From Microthyrium microscopicum (lineage: Eukaryota): a stretch of DNA of 39,641 nucleotides. Positions within the stretch are counted from its first letter, which is position 1. Every line of letters starts with the position of its first letter. The translations under genes and the position numbers were made by a program. The notes beneath the pieces are model-generated. The model was given only the letters and a program-made list of their open reading frames with translations, made no database searches and was not told the DNA's origin. Of this stretch, positions 12,780 through 25,838 are shown piece by piece. The stretch is taken from positions 3,597,486-3,637,126 of the forward strand of contig MU004231.1 in assembly GCA_010405405.1 (NCBI GenBank), given 5' to 3'.

Positions 12780-14660
12780 TAGTTTAGTTATAACTTTAGA
12801 GATATTTAGCCCTAAACCTATTAATAGTATTATCTAATATTCTTCTTTATTTAGTTACTAAAAGCTTTTATAATATTATTATTAAGCTATTAAAGAATAA
12901 TAACTTCTAAATCTTCTAAAAAAGCTCTTCTTATTAGCTATTAAAGATAAAAACTACTTTCCTCTACATTACTATTAATAAAAAGTTATAATTAAGCTTA
13001 TTACGCTAGTTCTATTACTTAAAGAATTAAACGCTTTCTAGTTAGTAGCTATTAAGTTTATTACTAAGAACTAGCTTTATTATAATAAATTAGGCTATAA
13101 AAAATTCTTTACTCTACTTATAGCTTTAGGTCTTAATATTATAATATATAATAAATACTTCTATTAAATATATATTTAGTATAAGAAAGCTAAATATACT
13201 AAGTAAGGTGCTTAGTTATTATATCTTTTTAATAATATAATATAAAAAGATACTTAAACTTTTAGAGTCTCTTATCTTTATTAATAGCTCTTATATCTTA
13301 TTTTAGGATTATTCTAAATAATAAATATTATCTCTTTAACGCGTATTAGAATATTACGATTCTAGACTAATAAGGTATAGTAACTATCTTAAAGATAAGG
13401 TTTTATAAGTTATACTTATACTAGCTATAAAGATAAATTAGTAGTATTATAATACTTATAAATTAATAATTAAACTAAATACTAGCTACTACTATATATA
13501 GTAAGCTATACTTTTTAAGTTTCTATCTTATACTAATATATTAGAAAATTAGTTATAAATATAGTTAATTAGTTCTATTATATCTATAGTATTAAGTAGA
13601 AGAAGTATTACTATCTATAATAGGATAAGAATTAATTAGTTACTAAAGTTAATATAATTATTAATTAAGAGCTAGCTAAAAAATAATAAGTAGTATTAGT
13701 AAAGTAGATTTAACGTATAAAAGAAGTAAGATAGGAGCTAATTAACTAATATTAATATACTTATTTATAATAACTTAAGAAGATTAGGTATTAATATTTA
13801 GAACGTACTATACTAAAAGAAACCTAGCTTTATACCTACTAGGACGTAAAGAATAGATTTAAAAGTTTTAACTATAAAGTTCTATTTACTTAAAGATAAA
13901 GAAATTAAAGATATTCTAATAAGACTATAAATTCTATTAAGTCTATATTAAACTCTTATCTCTACTTTTCTTAAATAGCGTATTATTTATACTTATATCT
14001 TATTCTTTCTTTCTATCTATTTAAAAAAAGATACCTTATATCTTTATATAATAACTATCTCCTTATTATAAGCTTTACTATTTATAGCTAAGAAGAGAAG
14101 ATTTCTACTATACTCTAACTAGACTATAATATAGTATATATTATATAGATAGCTATAGATTTAGTACTTTATAAATATTTTAATATATATTAAAATACTA
14201 CGTCTATACCTCTTTCTTTATTATTAGTATTAGTATTAATAGCCTAATTACTTTTAAAAGGACGCTAAAGCTTTACTTAAAGATCTAGTTTTTATATACT
14301 TATATAGTAATAACTTACTTATTTACTTTTAGGACTATGTTTTACTAAGAAAAGTCTAGTAATATAATATTTATAAGTTAGCTAGTAGTCTATTTAGTAG
14401 AACTAAGATTTTACTAATAAGTAGTATAAGAGTCTAAGTAGACTTTATACTTAAGTTTAGTTTAATTAGTTTCTAAGAAAGATTCTATATCTAAGTTTAA
14501 AATATTATTATTATTCTCTTCTAGCTTAAGGGTTAATTTAACTAGTATAATAGCTTTAAAGAGTTAAAGAGTAGTCTAGAATTCTAGGTATTTATAATTT
14601 ATATTTTTTAAATAGGAGTATACTTTAAATAAAGATATTAGGAGAGTTAAGTATAGTTTT
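12780..14660 (+). pseudogene. RIP-degraded ORF of unknown function, convergent with the transposase, possibly with intron(s)
   Basis: Plus frame reads as protein at 12841-13320 and 13561-13980 (e.g. ...ETWLYTYWDVKNGFEGFD...). Intron-like ctaat...tag near 13367-13380. Confidence 0.4.
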
Positions 14661-15149
14661 TAGTTATCTTAAAGACTATAGTATATAGTTTATAATAGAA
14701 TTAAATAAAAGATATAATAGTATTATAATAAGTAGTAGTAAAGCTATTAATTAACTAAGTAAGTTATTATAAATAAAGAAGGTTATTAGAAACTAAGATA
14801 ATAAAAATATATAATAAAGGTAAATAGTTACTATTTTAATTATTACTATAAGTAGTAGATAATTATTAAGTAATATTTAAGTCTAGTAACTAGATAAGCT
14901 CTTTATAAAAGCTTAAGATAAAGTATAGAGAAGATATATATATTAGAAGTAAGGTAAAGAAGTAAAATAAGTTTAGATTACTATAAGTACTAAAGAAAAA
15001 AGATTTAAAATTAATAGCTTATTATTTTATTTAAAGAATTATAAATTAAAAACTATTAAAAAGAATAGATAATTTTACTTCTTATATATATATTATTCTA
15101 TATAAATATATATTCCTAAAGTTTCTAAGTTAATTTATTTTATTATATT

Positions 15150-18100
15150 CTATATTATACTAACTATTATATTTAAGTCTATAATTAATACTAATAAAAT
15201 TAAATTACTTAGGAAATAATATTATAATAATAATAATAATACTTAGTAGTTTATAAAATATATAACTCTTAGGTAATAAAATATTTATTAGACCTTTATT
15301 TTACTATATATCTTTATTATTATTACTACTATCTTCTTTATTATTATTACTAGTCTTTTCTTTACTATTTTTACTAGTCTTTTATTTACCTTCTTTACTA
15401 CTATCTAGTTTATCTTCTTTATTTTCTACTTCTTTTCTATTATTACGTTTCGTTCTCTTTACCTTATTAGTAAGCTTCTTAAAATAAACTTTAATCTAAG
15501 CTTTATAAAGCTTTTTATTCTTTCTCTTTAGAGCCTTATATCTTACTATAGTTTTAGCCTTAGCTACCTTAATTCCTTATTTACTAAAGGTAACTAAGTT
15601 ATATATTCTAGTATAATTATTATAATTAAGGTATAGATTTAACTAATAGTAATTAAGATACTTTAAGTCTCTATAAAGAACTATATATATAATAGTTAAT
15701 AGTTTATTTAGTTTATATACTTTTAACTTTATAGCTAACTTAAATAATATAAGACTTAATAGCTTATTAAATATAAGTTTTATAGCTTTTTCTAAGATTA
15801 GTATATACTTTTAAATTAAAGCTATAAAAAATCTAGTATATCTATACTATAATTTAAAATTTCTTATTATTTAATCTATATTATATACTATATAAATAAT
15901 AAGTAGTTATATAGGAAGTTAACTTAAAAGACTAAAATTATTATTAAGCTCTTTCTTAAATATAGAATAGGCCTAAGCCTATATAAAGTCGCGTTACTAA
16001 TAGTTCTTAGTTAAGACTTTACTATACTATTAACTATTATCTTTACTTTTCTACTATTCCTATTTATAGTAAGTTATAAAGAGTTATATATTATTTTTAT
16101 TATTATCTATTATATAGGTTATGCTACTATATAGTATTATAATAAAGTAACTTAGCTAAAGAGTATTAAAATATAATACTTTATTAGAGTATATAAAGTC
16201 TAATCTATTATTAATAAGATTTTTATCTAAGTATATTTCTTTATTTTATATATGTAATAGTATTAGCTTTAAAAAAGACTAGCGCTTTTTAAGGTCTTTT
16301 TTATAATAATTAATTAACTAGCTATATAAATAACTCTTAAGGTTATTAAGCTTAGCCTATTTATTAACGTTCTTAGTAAAAAGTATACTAGATTTATAAA
16401 TGCCTTTATTATATAGCTTATCTATATAATATAATTAGAGTTATAAACTATATTTAGGTATACTTAATAGAATAATTATAGGATAAGTTTCTTTAAATAT
16501 AATCTTCTTCTTAGTAATATTATAAACTTAATAGTTATAGTTATTATTATTATTCTAAATTATATTCTTAATATAATTAGTAAGATAGTAGATTATTTAA
16601 ACGTACTAACTAGATTAAAAGTTAGTTTATTTTATTACTAGTATAGTATACTCTTAATATAACTTTTCTATAATACTAGAACTAGTTCTATTTATAGTGC
16701 TAAATATATAAATAGATAGTATAAGATAAATTAGGTTATAGAACTTAGGGAAATTAAGTCCTTTAAACCTAGTTTAAGAAGTCTTACGCTTATATATTAC
16801 TATTTTAGTATATTCTATAATTTATAAATAGACTTATATATATTTAAGTATATTCTTATTATATAACTTATAGCTAGAAAGTATAATAATATCTATTAAA
16901 GCTTTAATAAATTTTATTATAATTAGGTTCTTTAGAATTAAGAGTAGAGCTAAGGTAGCTATAAGTTACTTTAAAAGTGCTTATAATTCTAAGCTAGTCT
17001 TCTATTAAATATTATAGTAGCTTTAGACTATTCTTAGAAAGCTTAGATAAATAGGATACTATAGAAACCTATAGTTAATTATAAACTTTACTTTTGCGCT
17101 AAATATAGACTTCTTCTTTTTTCTTTCTTACTTAGTCTTTAGTATATTACTATTCTTTCTCTTAGTCTTTAGCATTTTATAGGTATAGGTCTTTTATATA
17201 GCTTTATTATTCTTTATTTTAGCTACTAGTACTATAGATATTATTAGTACTCTCTTTTTTAAAATAATTTAGGTTATCTAGTTTATTACTTACTTAACTA
17301 GTTTATTTAAAAAGAATATATATAGTAAATTAAAAATAATTACTATATAAATATTTAATAAAGAATAATTCTAAGTAAAATTATAAATTTTATAGATATA
17401 GTCTTTATTTTTAGTATTATTAATAGTAATAAGCTACTTAATATACTCTCTTTTTTAATTAGTATAATAAAGTACTTTCTACTTTAATATATTCTTTTAT
17501 AAAGTTATATAAGTCTAATAGGCCTATTTGCTAGTAAGGTCTTACTAATATAGTTATAGTACTAAGTAAATAAAATAGTAATATTTAGACTAAATACTTA
17601 TAATTATAATAAGCTTTTTATAATCTATATTTATATAAATAAGAATTAAAAGACACTTTTAAAACTAGTTATTAATAGTTACTATAACGTAACTACTTTT
17701 AAGGACTATTCTAAGTTCTATATTTTATTAGTAAATAGCTCTATAATACTTAAATACGTAGTATTAAATTTTTAAATATAATATTTATAGCGTTATAAAA
17801 TATCTTAAGTTTATTATTAATATCTATACCTTTTAGCCTAGGAAGTACTATAATAAAGAGAAATCCTAGTCTTTTTATAGCTTTTCTAATACTTCCTAAT
17901 AGATTAAAAATAGTTATATAGTAAGCCTATATATAGTTATTACTACGTTATTTAGATATTATAGTCTTATCTAACTCTTAGTAAATAAAAATAAGCATAA
18001 TACCTAAATTAACCTTATTTTATAATTCTTACTATCTTTTTACTAATTAAGTATTAGTATAGATATACTTACTATCTTTATCTTTTTATATTATAGACTT

Positions 18101-19277
18101 AAAGTAGAGGTTTTTAATAAAAGGCCTATAGAAGATAAAGAATTTAATAACCTCTAAAATACTTTAAAAGTATATCTTAACTTTGCTACCTAGAAGATTT
18201 TTAATACCTTTTATCTTATTATATAGTAGCTTTTTAAGTATTACTTTCTATTAGCTAGGTATAAAGCCTTTAAGGTTATTAATGTTTTCTATTAGCAATT
18301 TATAATTCTTTATTTTTTAACTAAGTAAGTTACGTATTTTACTTTTAAAAGCTATTTCTTAGAATAACTTATTTATCTTATTCTTTAATATATTACTAGA
18401 AACTACTTAATTAGTAAACTTTAGTTCTTTTTTTAGTTAACTCTATAGCTTTACTCTTTTATAAAGCTTTTCTCTTCCTAAATAATAATATTAGTATTCT
18501 ATCTTAATAGTATCTTAGAGTAGTAGCTTATACTTATTAATTTAGTTATAGCTTTTATTAGTTCTATAGGCTAGTATAAATATACTTATTAAATGTTCTA
18601 GATTTTATTATAAGTATATAATAACTTTATTAATTATATATTATATACTACTCTTAGACTTTTAAGACTTATTAGCCTTATCTATCTTATTTTATAAATT
18701 ATATTTATACTATATTAGAGTAGTAACTCTTTTTATAGCTTTAAGGGTAGCTAAAGATAAAAATATAGTAAAAGGCGTAATTATTTTATCTTCTATTATA
18801 AGCATTTTAGACGTAGTATAGTTATAACTAAAATAAGTAGTAAATCTTATACTAATAGAAGAACTATTTATAGAGAGTTCTTTTACTAGAGTTTTTATTA
18901 CTAGTATTAATTTTTATACTTAATTAAAAGGCTTTTAGAAGTAATTATAAGGGTTTATAGTAAAGAGGAACTATATACTATTTAGAAGACTTAATATATC
19001 TATATTTAAAAAGATTAGTCTATAAGAATAGTAATATAACTTATTTAGGTTAAATATATACTAAGAGACTAAAACGTATAAGTTAAATATATCTATATTT
19101 AATTACCTCTTTTTATTATTATACGTAATACTAGAAAGGTTACGTTAGTATATTAATTTCTATACCTATTTCGTTTTTATTAATTTTTAAAGATATAGGT
19201 ATATCTTTAGTATATAAGTAGTAAATCTAGTATTAAATTTATACTAGTAATAACTAACGTTTAATTTTACTTAGTAT
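15150..19277 (-). pseudogene. Plavaka-family DDE transposase (PF18759-like), RIP-inactivated
   Basis: Ordered de-RIP motifs: MYFRSILEVIKFFIFHRPF; KDEDGKRIYTD; MLIPIYxGSDKT (D at 17971-17969); AWAYYMTIxNL; CLPILIYTNADYEEL (D at 17625-17623); CPICLVP; NIHAAIIFDLLH; NFPKFHNLTHL..SIRMFGTADGTSSGITEKLH (E at 16668-16666); KRTN. A 40-nt GT..CTAAT..TAG intron (17718-17757) restores the frame. C-terminal tail is charged and Q/R-rich. Confidence 0.88.
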
Positions 19278-19354
19278 TTTAAGGCTTAAGTAGTAGAGTT
19301 AACTCTTAAGAATATTACCTAATAATATTTTATTATATATATAATATATCTTTA

Positions 19355-19400
19355 CTTATTAAATATTTCTAGACGTACTAGATATTTCTAGATATTCTAA
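19355..19400. promoter_or_regulatory. Cluster of TCTAGA-like motifs upstream of the transposase start
   Basis: tttctagacgtactagatatttctagatattctaaat, ~80-120 bp upstream of inferred start 19277; similar clusters precede other ORFs. Confidence 0.35.
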
Positions 19401-21889
19401 ATAGCTAGTATTAAGACTAAGTAGAGGTACTAGCTAATCTTATATAACTAATAAGTTATAATATTATATTAGAAATACGTTACGTAACTTTATATTATTA
19501 ATTACTAGCTTAGTAAGTTAACTTTTCTAGTAATAGTACTATTTTATTTATTTTTCTAGTCTAACCTCCTTATATATCCTTTTTTATTAAATTTTTCTAC
19601 TTATATAACTTCTTTATTCTAAACCCTTTTTCTATTTAATACTAACTATTATATTATCTAAGTTAGTTAATTAATTAGCTAAATAAACCTTACTTTAAAC
19701 TTAAACCTTCTCGCTATTCTTTTCTTTATTATTATTCCTTATTACTAATCTTTACTAACTTTACTTTCTTTATTAGCTTTATTAGCTTTAAATTTTTTAT
19801 TCTTAGGTTTAAAACTATAAAGTAAGGTTAGTCTTATAAAATCTCTAATTACCTTTAATTCTTTAAGTATAATAGTTTTAATCTCTTTGCGTATATTTAG
19901 CTCTTTTTTATAATAAGAAACTACTTTATTAAAGTTAGGAATATTAAGTTTCTTTAGATTCTAATAGAAGTAATTATTAGTAAATAGTATATACTATATA
20001 TAGCTATTATTAATAAAATGCTTTAATAATTTATTAAGTATAGATTATTTAAACTCCTTCTATTTCTTAGCACTAGGGGCTATTATAGTACTATAAAGCT
20101 TTAAGTTATTAAAGAATAAAGATAAGCGGCCCTAAGATGCTATAGTATTTATTTATAGGTTTTCTATAAGGAAACTAGTGTAATCTTTTTAAACGAAATT
20201 AATAAAATTTTAATTACGCTTAATATTAGAGCTATTATTATAGGTAGTTATTAGAACCTAGCTAAATTATAAAGATATATCTTAATAGTCTTATTAGGTA
20301 TATATATAATTATTCTAAATATATATAGTAACCTATTTAAGTAGCTAACCTTTAGTTTTAGTATAAAGGCTAGTTTATATAAGGTAAAGAGTAATAATTA
20401 TAGTATTAACGCCTTTTAATTATATTTATAGTAGAAGTTTAATCTATATAAAGGCTATAATATAAGCGTTATAAGTATTAGAACTTAAACTAGTAATATC
20501 CTTTTTAACTTTATTATCTCTAATATTTATAAATATTATAAATAGCGTGTCTTTTCTACGTTCTAAGGATAAAAAGAGCTAGTTTATAATATATTATAGT
20601 TAGTTAAATTTAGGATTATTATTATTAGTATATTTAAGAATTTTATAGCCTATATTATTAAGGAGATTATAGTATAATAAATTAAATCTAAATACTTATT
20701 TTAGTATAGTTTAGCTAAAGCTATTTACTATAGCGTTATATATTAATAGTATTTAAGAACTATTATAAAATATAGCTTTTTTATATTTAAGATTATAGAT
20801 AGGTCTAGGCTAGAATAAATCTCTAGTTTATATAATTATTTAAGGTCTATATAAAGATATAATAGCTATTATCTATAGTTTATATAATACTGCTACTTTA
20901 TTATAAATCTATAAGTTAATATTTATAAAATTTACTTAGAAAAGCTCTTATAAAGCGTTATAGTTTATAAAACTAAGAAGAGTAATTATTAATTATAAAT
21001 AATATTACTTTATATCTAGTAGTAGTTTACTATAATTAGCGCTCTCTAACTTTAAAAGCTTCTTCTTACTATAATACTTTTTATTAAGAATTTAGAAGTT
21101 AAAAGTATAATTAAGTAACTTTTTAGTAGCTATATTTATATTATATTCTTACTTTCTTATTACTAAGTTAATTACGTTAATTATTCTACTAGCTTAACTT
21201 ATAAATTCCTTAAATAAGTATTTAAGACGTTTAATATAATAGTTATAGATATTTTTAAAGTCTTAATATTTAGTATTTACGCAAAGTTGTTATAAGTAGT
21301 AAGTACTATGCTATTTAGTAAGTAATACTATTTTAGTATTTAGAATATTAGTATTATAGTTATCTATATTATTTATATTTTACTATTACGTACTAGGACC
21401 TTAATTTTAGTAGACTTAGGTTTATACCTCTTTTAATTTCTTTAAGATAATAGATTTCTTTATCTTAATTAAGTATTCTTAGATAGTAAAAAATTACAAA
21501 AGGTTTATAGGATTAACTTCTATATAGACATTTATATACTTAGTAATAAGGTTATCTAATTATATATTTATAGTATATATAGCTAAAATCTTTATCTTAA
21601 AATTAGGATAGAATATTATAAAAGTAATTAATATTACTATTATAGCTTTTATAGTTTTAGTTTTATTATATTCTAGCTTAGTATAGTAGATATTAAGTCT
21701 ACCCTTATTACCTTTTAAGAGAATAATATTAATAAACTCTTTTTAATCCTTATAAAGAGCCTTTATAATACTAATCTGTTCTACCTTTTTTATAAAATTT
21801 TAAATTTCTTTTAAAGTAATTCTAAAGTTAGTCTTTAGTAATTATGCGGAAGTAGCTATGCCTAGTCTTATAAAAGTGCTTAGTGACTA

Positions 21890-21928
21890 GTACTAATTAT
21901 TATTAATATTAGTATTATTAATATTAGT

Positions 21929-21959
<31 letters not shown>

Positions 21960-22059
21960 GTATTACTATTATTAGTATTATTAGTATTTTTTATAGACGT
22001 AATCTCGTTATCTAACTATTTATTAGAATTAGAAATATCTTTAGGTATGTCTTTATAGA

Positions 22060-22094
<35 letters not shown>

Positions 22095-22095
22095 G
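21890..22095. repeat. (TTA)n/(TAG)-type trinucleotide low-complexity tract (poly-Asn/Asp codons on minus strand)
   Basis: Long tta runs at ~21895-21985 and 22060-22093, within the large ORF. Confidence 0.8.
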
Positions 22096-22109
22096 CGTCG
22101 TTAGCTATA

Positions 22110-22205
22110 TTTAATTACTAACCTTATTCGTTATTAGCCGCTTTTAATTACTAACTCTATTCGTTATTAGCTACTTTTAATTACTAACCTTATTTACTAT
22201 TAGCT
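22110..22205 (-). repeat. 33-bp (11-codon) tandem repeat x3
   Basis: ttaattacta at 22111, 22144, 22177. Confidence 0.85.
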
Positions 22206-22259
22206 TTAGTAACCTTTAGCTTAGTCTATTAATCTTAAGCTTAAGACTTTATAGAGGAG

Positions 22260-22565
22260 AAGGTACTGTCGTTAGTAGAATAAAGGAGCGTTACTATAGT
22301 AGTATCTAAGGATTCTATATTAACATTATCTTAGACGAAGGGGAAGAAAGAATAAAAAATACTATTATTATTAAGATAAAGAGGCGCTACTATAGTAGTA
22401 TCTAGGGATTCTATATTAACGTTATCTTAGATAAAGGAGTAAAGAGGCTAAGAGGTATTATTATTAGTAGAATAAAGAGGCACTACTATAGTAGTATCTA
22501 GGGATTTTATATTAATATTATCTTAGACGGAAGAGAAGGAAGAATAAGAGGTACTATTATTATTA
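22260..22565 (-). repeat. 96-bp (32-codon) tandem repeat x3
   Basis: tactatagtagtatc at 22292, 22388, 22484. De-RIP reading ~NDSTSHSSFSSVQDNVDVESLDTTTAAPLHST. Confidence 0.88.
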
Positions 22566-25184
22566 GCTTTAAATTCCTATTTAAACTAAGATTTAGTTAT
22601 ATAGTTAGATAAATCTAGATTAAGTAGCTTATTAATTAGCTTTTATAAAGTAGAACTACTACTTATTTCCTTTAAAGTTTCTTTAGTCTAACTAGTTAAA
22701 GGTTTTAATATATTATTTTTAATATTACTAGAGGATAAGCTACCTAATAAAGTATTCTTTTATATCTTATTAACCTTTATAGTTAACTCTTTTAACGCGT
22801 TAGTATTTATTAATACTTCTTTAGTATATTTTAATATAATACTAAACTCTATCTTTCTAAGGAGTAAAAGTAAAGTATAAATAGTAAAAATCTTCTTTAA
22901 TAAAGGCTAACGTTCTAAAGAGTCTAAATATAAGCTAAGTACTATAGTAAAGTAGTAATTTAGGTTATATTTTTTTTATCTTAACTATACCTAGTTAAGA
23001 TTATTTATTTAGTATATAATAAGCTTATCTAAATTATATATATATATCTTAACCTTTAGCCTTTTTAGTTTAAGGAAGGCCTTATATAGGTTCTTAATTA
23101 ATTAGTTATAGTTTAGAGGAATAATAACTTCTTTAGGGATTTAAAATAAAGAGAATTAAGTATTATTAGTATATCTATTATTAAGTATAATAGAAGGATA
23201 ATATATAATTATAAGTACGTTATAGGTAGCTTAAATATTATAGTTCTAGTTAATAACTTTAGTAGTAAATTAAGAACCTTTAAGTCTAGCTCCTAGCTTA
23301 AGTTAGATTATATAGACGTTATTTTCTTAAAAATAAGGATATTCGTATTTATTTACTATAATATAGAAATTAAGGCTTATTAAGAATTTATAGTCTTTAC
23401 TTCTTAGTATTCTAGTAGTATATAATATAGTATTATAGGAAGCCTTATTCTACTTATATGCCTAATAAAGCTATTTTGCTAAATCTATACTCTAGGCTAT
23501 AAATAGATATAGGACTAAAGAATAAACTATATATAATAAACTTATAATTTTATTATTTTTTATTTTTATAAGATTATTATAATTATCTAGGAGGGTAATA
23601 TAACTCTTCTATAAGCTAAAGACGCTATTTATAAATAGATAATTAATATTAATAAAAATAATATCTAGATTAGTTTATATATCTTAAGAAATTAGTTAAG
23701 GAAGATTCTTTTTTATAAATATAGCTAGGTTAGTATTAACCTTAAAGAACTAGAAGACTATAGGGTACTAATTCTAAATAGTATATTAAAAATAATAAAG
23801 AAGTAAGTTAAATTTAGTATCTTTATTACTAACTATTAAATTACTAGTTATAGTAGAGTAGACTTAAAAAGGATTATTAAATAGATTAGGGTATATCTTA
23901 ATAGTAAGTATAATTATATAGCCTATAGCTAGTATGCTTCTATAGTATTTAACGTCTTAATTAATCTTATAAGCTAACTAGATAAGTTATTTCTTTAGGA
24001 TAACTATAGGAAACTTAGTAACTATCTAGTCTATCTTTTTCTTCTTTATAATTAGATTATTTAGTAAGAAGTAGATAGTTTTAATTATTAAAGTTATAAT
24101 ATTTTTCTATATATTATTTTTATTCTTATTAACTTTAAAAGTATTTCTCTTATCTTTAAGATATAGGTAGATAGTTAAGATTAATATAAACTAAGTAACT
24201 TATTTATTATTCTTTATTATAAAGAATTACGCTTTAATATTAAAAACTATAGCTTATTAATACTTCTTTTTTAATCTATATATATATTTAGGCTTACTAG
24301 TAGTACTATTTTAATTAACTTTATTATTAATACTATTACCTAAGTATTAATTTACTTTATTAACTAGATTATCTTTACTAAGAGCTACCTTTAGACCTTT
24401 TTTTAATATATCTTCTAGATAAGGTTTACCTAAATATACTTATAAGCTATAAATTTACTAGATTAAGGGCTTACTATTAGATAGATTTACTATAAGATTA
24501 TAGATAGTATATTAAGAATTCTTAAAATCTATTTAAGGTATTAGTATAAGGGTATATTTAGAGGTTTCTAGACTATTCTAAATTTTTACTTTATTTTTAT
24601 TTTTAGTCTTAGAATTTTATTTACTTAAGTTTAGAAATATAGGTAAAGAATTCTTTTTAGCTAGGTAGGTAAAGATAGCTATAGAATCTAGTCTATATAA
24701 GTAATTAGCTAAGAATAAGAAAATAAATTTCTTTAAACTTATATTTTAATAGCCTTAGAATTATTTAGCTTACTATTCTTATAAGGAGTATAAGTTTTAT
24801 ACTAATTAAAAAGAAGTTTTAAGATTATAATAACTAAATAGCTAGAGATCTTAATAAGAATTTTATCTTTACCTATATCTTAGCTATAGATTTAGCTATT
24901 ATAATTATATACTAATCGCTAAGTATATAAAGTATTATAAGTAGCTATACTTATAATAGATAAAGTAAGAGCTAAGGAAGAGATAAAAGATATAAAGGAT
25001 TTAGGTAGTATTTTCTTTAAGGAAGAAGAAGTATTAAGAAGAGAAGATAAATAATAGTAATAAAAGTAGTAACTTACTTATTATATTAAAATCTAAAGGC
25101 GTAATTACTAAAAGTTAGCTATTTAACCTAAACTTTAGATTATTAAGTTATACTATCTATAAAAGGATAAACTTAAGGAATTAT

Positions 25185-25838
25185 TTAAAAGAACTTATTT
25201 AATTTTTATAATTATAAAGGGTAGTAAGAAAGAGAAATAGTAATAAAAGAGAGGTTATAGAAATAAAGTAAAGAATTGCTCTCTTTACTAAAAACGTAAC
25301 TAGAAGTTTATTTATTAATAAAGTTATTATAAAGCTACGCTATTCTATATATAATAACTAAGTATAAGATAAATTTAAAAGAACTTATTTAATCTAGTAA
25401 TTATAGAATAGTAGTAAAAGAATAGTAATAAAAAAGATTTAATAATAAGAAAATAAAAATATTTTCTCTTTTAGTATAGAATCTTTTAGTTAAATAGGTA
25501 GAAACCTTACTAGAGTTTATATATAATAACTATATAGCTCTTAAGGTTAAGAGAGACTACTTCTTCTTTCTTAAATATTAAGTATAAGTATAGATATTAA
25601 TTATAGTTTCTTATTTTATTATAATTACTACTAAACCTTATATTATAACTACTAAGTTAGAAACTTAACTAATCTTATATAGGCTAAGACTTCCTTTTAA
25701 GTTTAAGCTTATATTAGCTAAGTTCTACTTTACTACTTTAAAATATTCTTTCTTTAAGCCTTTAATACTTCTTCTTTTACTATTATATCTCTACTTTACT
25801 ACTTCTTTATAATTACTAGATTAAATAAGTTCTTTTAA
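25185..25838. repeat. ~45-bp motif in two direct copies and one inverted copy
   Basis: ttaaaagaacttatttaat(c/t)t... at 25185 and 25375; reverse complement ...taattactagattaaataagttcttttaa at ~25794-25838. Confidence 0.8.

Larger units (their letters stand above)
19500..24493 (-). pseudogene. Large (~1660-codon) apparently intronless ORF with low-complexity middle and tentative Ulp1/C48 peptidase-like domain (~20340-21240)
   Basis: Same minus frame read at all sampled points from 24493 (ata gta aat cta = MANP) to ~19500. Contains in-frame 96-bp and 33-bp repeats and N/D runs. Motif order WMMAIVSL ... FGFDSL ... LPLQTQSEGVDT resembles Ulp1 HW..DSL..PQQ..DCG. Confidence 0.6.
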
